Shown here: piece after piece, positions 62,144 through 64,000 of the stretch | Layout: every line of letters starts with the position of its first letter | Position numbering within the stretch: position 1 is the stretch's first letter | Source: Macrostomum lignano | Lineage: Eukaryota | Assembly (NCBI GenBank): GCA_002269645.1 | Contig: NIVC01000010.1 | Coordinates: 1,178,001 to 1,242,000 of the forward strand | Direction of reading: 5' to 3' | Length of the DNA: 64,000 nucleotides | Notes under the pieces: generated by a model | Database searches by the model: none | Told to the model about the DNA's origin: nothing | The model's input: the letters and a program-made list of their open reading frames with translations, nothing else | Program-made: the position numbers and the translations under genes

Positions 62144-64000
62144 ATGCACTCGACAAGACAACAAAGTTACTTCCCTCAAGCATCCGCCGGTGTGGCAAAG
62201 AAGTTTCGAGCGGCCAACGGAACAGGCAGCTCTGTGGAAAATATTATGCATTTAATTTCCAGTCTCACACAACCTGCAAGCGGCTGCAACTTCTATGTAA
62301 CTTTAGACGACAAAACACTTCAGCGGTTGAACTCAATGGTCGATGAGGTCACAAGCTGCACTCGAGACCGACTTCCGCTAGACAACATGGAACTAATTCA
62401 GGAACACCAAAAAATGAGCTTCACAGGTGAAATGTTTCAAAAGTTGCTTCAACATGCAGCCACAGAAATTTCAAAGTTCCTGATGATGAATGTTAGACAG
62501 AATACTCAGGCTTCAGAAATGAATTTACGGGCAGCGCAACAAGGAAATAAGGCTCAAACAGGTAAGAGCAAGGTGCTGCGGTACTACAACAACAGCACAC
62601 CTGGTGGCAGAGCGTCATCCGTGCCGCAGACTCTGGACTTCCGCAATCAGCGATGGGACACGAGTGGAATGCCGGCCTCGATTCCACAACACCTGTGGGA
62701 CATGAGACGAGAGGAGAACAGGTGGCAGTACTTCCACCTGCCAGATGCCAGCTTCACAGCGGCTCACCTGGTGTCAGTGACGGATCTGGCTGCTGACGGA
62801 TTCTTCTACCTGCAGGAGTCGGACAGAGTAAAGTGTGCATTCTGCAAGGGTGTGCTCAAGGACTGGGAGGCGGGCGAGCAGGTCCGAGAGGCTCACAGAC
62901 GCCACTTCTCCACCTGTCCGTTCGTGCTGTTCGTCGAGGTCGGCAACGTGCCTCGAGAACACAGAGAGCCGGAAGGAGACTCGAGGTCAGCAAAGCTGGT
63001 AGAGGCAGTGCAGTGCAGTGATCAGACTGCAGATGATGCAGCAGTGATGGTGAACGGAGACTGGAGAATGAAGCTGGTCGCTGAGCTACCACCGATGGAG
63101 TTCGCTGGACTGAACGAGTGGGCACTGGCGACACGCGAAACTCGTGGACCGAATGCACGACGCGTTGTGGACGACGAGCTGGTCGTAGTCGACATGATGA
63201 AGCGTCCTCAGCTTCCAGTGTCGAGCGAAGTAGCGAGATCTGCGTGCTCCGAGAGAGCTCTCACGAACCTGTCTGCTCTGCAGCACAGTGTCGAGAGTGA
63301 TCCATCGAGTGTGACTGCCAAACACACACAGTTCGAGACCTACCAAGCGAGGTCGCAGTCTCTGCACTCGGCTCTCGTTCAGCAGCCAGTGTACTTGCTT
63401 GCAAAGGCGGGCTTCTTCTACTCGGAAGCAGAGAGAGCGACCTGCTGCTTCAGCTGCGGACTTTGCATGAGCGAGTGGAGCTGCGACGATGATGTGTGGG
63501 TTGAGCACGCCAGGTGGTCACCTCGGTGTCCTCACGTGTTGTTGGAGCGAGGTAGCGACTTTGTACAGGCGGTGCATCGACTGTCGCCTCCCGTGCAGCA
63601 CCCGACTTGTGGCGCCTCAGCTCAGCGTCACACTGCATTGGTACAGACGGACTCAACTGCATCAGCTGGTGTTGCGACTGTCGACGGGTCCGCAGTCCAC
63701 AGCAGTCGCGCAGACGAGGCTCTCGCAGTCACTCCTGGAGTCGAGTTCAGAGTTGAGGCCAGAGACATCAAGGCGAGAGCCGACCTGCCCGTTGTGAGAC
63801 TGCTCACTCAACTCGGATTCTCCGCTCTGCAAGTGAGACTGTTCACAGAGCTGCATCTCAGACAGCGAGGCGATGACTTTGCCACATCGGAGCTGTTCCT
63901 CGACTTCATGCTCACCGAGAGCCGCCGCATGCGCAAGCAGTCGCAGGACCCGGAGGCGTTCTTCGAGAGCAGGATGTCTCAGATTCGAGAGTCTCTGAAC
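62144..64000 (+). CDS. IAP family protein copy 5 (3'-partial; 138-aa unique leader + BIR1, BIR2, UBA-like)
   Basis: Manually translated frame is open from ATG 62144 (MHSTRQQSYFPQ..GNKAQ) into TGKSKVLRYY and on to the window end; absent from the ORF track because it has no stop in the window. Confidence 0.9.
   Translation, partial: MHSTRQQSYFPQASAGVAKKFRAANGTGSSVENIMHLISSLTQPASGCNFYVTLDDKTLQRLNSMVDEVTSCTRDRLPLDNMELIQEHQKMSFTGEMFQKLLQHAATEISKFLMMNVRQNTQASEMNLRAAQQGNKAQTGKSKVLRYYNNSTPGGRASSVPQTLDFRNQRWDTSGMPASIPQHLWDMRREENRWQYFHLPDASFTAAHLVSVTDLAADGFFYLQESDRVKCAFCKGVLKDWEAGEQVREAHRRHFSTCPFVLFVEVGNVPREHREPEGDSRSAKLVEAVQCSDQTADDAAVMVNGDWRMKLVAELPPMEFAGLNEWALATRETRGPNARRVVDDELVVVDMMKRPQLPVSSEVARSACSERALTNLSALQHSVESDPSSVTAKHTQFETYQARSQSLHSALVQQPVYLLAKAGFFYSEAERATCCFSCGLCMSEWSCDDDVWVEHARWSPRCPHVLLERGSDFVQAVHRLSPPVQHPTCGASAQRHTALVQTDSTASAGVATVDGSAVHSSRADEALAVTPGVEFRVEARDIKARADLPVVRLLTQLGFSALQVRLFTELHLRQRGDDFATSELFLDFMLTESRRMRKQSQDPEAFFESRMSQIRESLN

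Overview
AT-rich, repeat-dense eukaryotic (animal) genomic DNA. The RTE reverse-transcriptase wording and GC3-rich codons suggest a Macrostomum-like flatworm, which is an inference only. The gene content is dominated by five paralogous inhibitor-of-apoptosis (IAP; BIR-BIR-UBA-RING) genes arranged + + + - + (<1-1151, 7480-9435, 44968-46926, 55861-53735 spliced, 62144->64000). They share a near-identical, intronless ~1.6 kb core with sharp borders, fused in frame to three different kinds of N-terminal leader and ending in divergent 6-residue tails; variants in the core are shared between copies in a patchwork. Between the genes lie two head-to-tail arrays of non-autonomous Helitrons (11.8-30.7 kb and 37.7-44.6 kb) carrying tRNA-like segments and ordered minisatellites. 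Also present are Tc1, Harbinger and hAT deletion derivatives, LINE/RTE/SINE fragments with nested insertions, a ~3.4 kb CpG-stripped, TpA-rich domain, a candidate two-exon orphan gene and a degenerate Cys-rich (SINA-like?) ORF. No CRISPR array, rRNA or bona fide tRNA gene is supported. All coordinates were read by eye and no alignments or searches were run.
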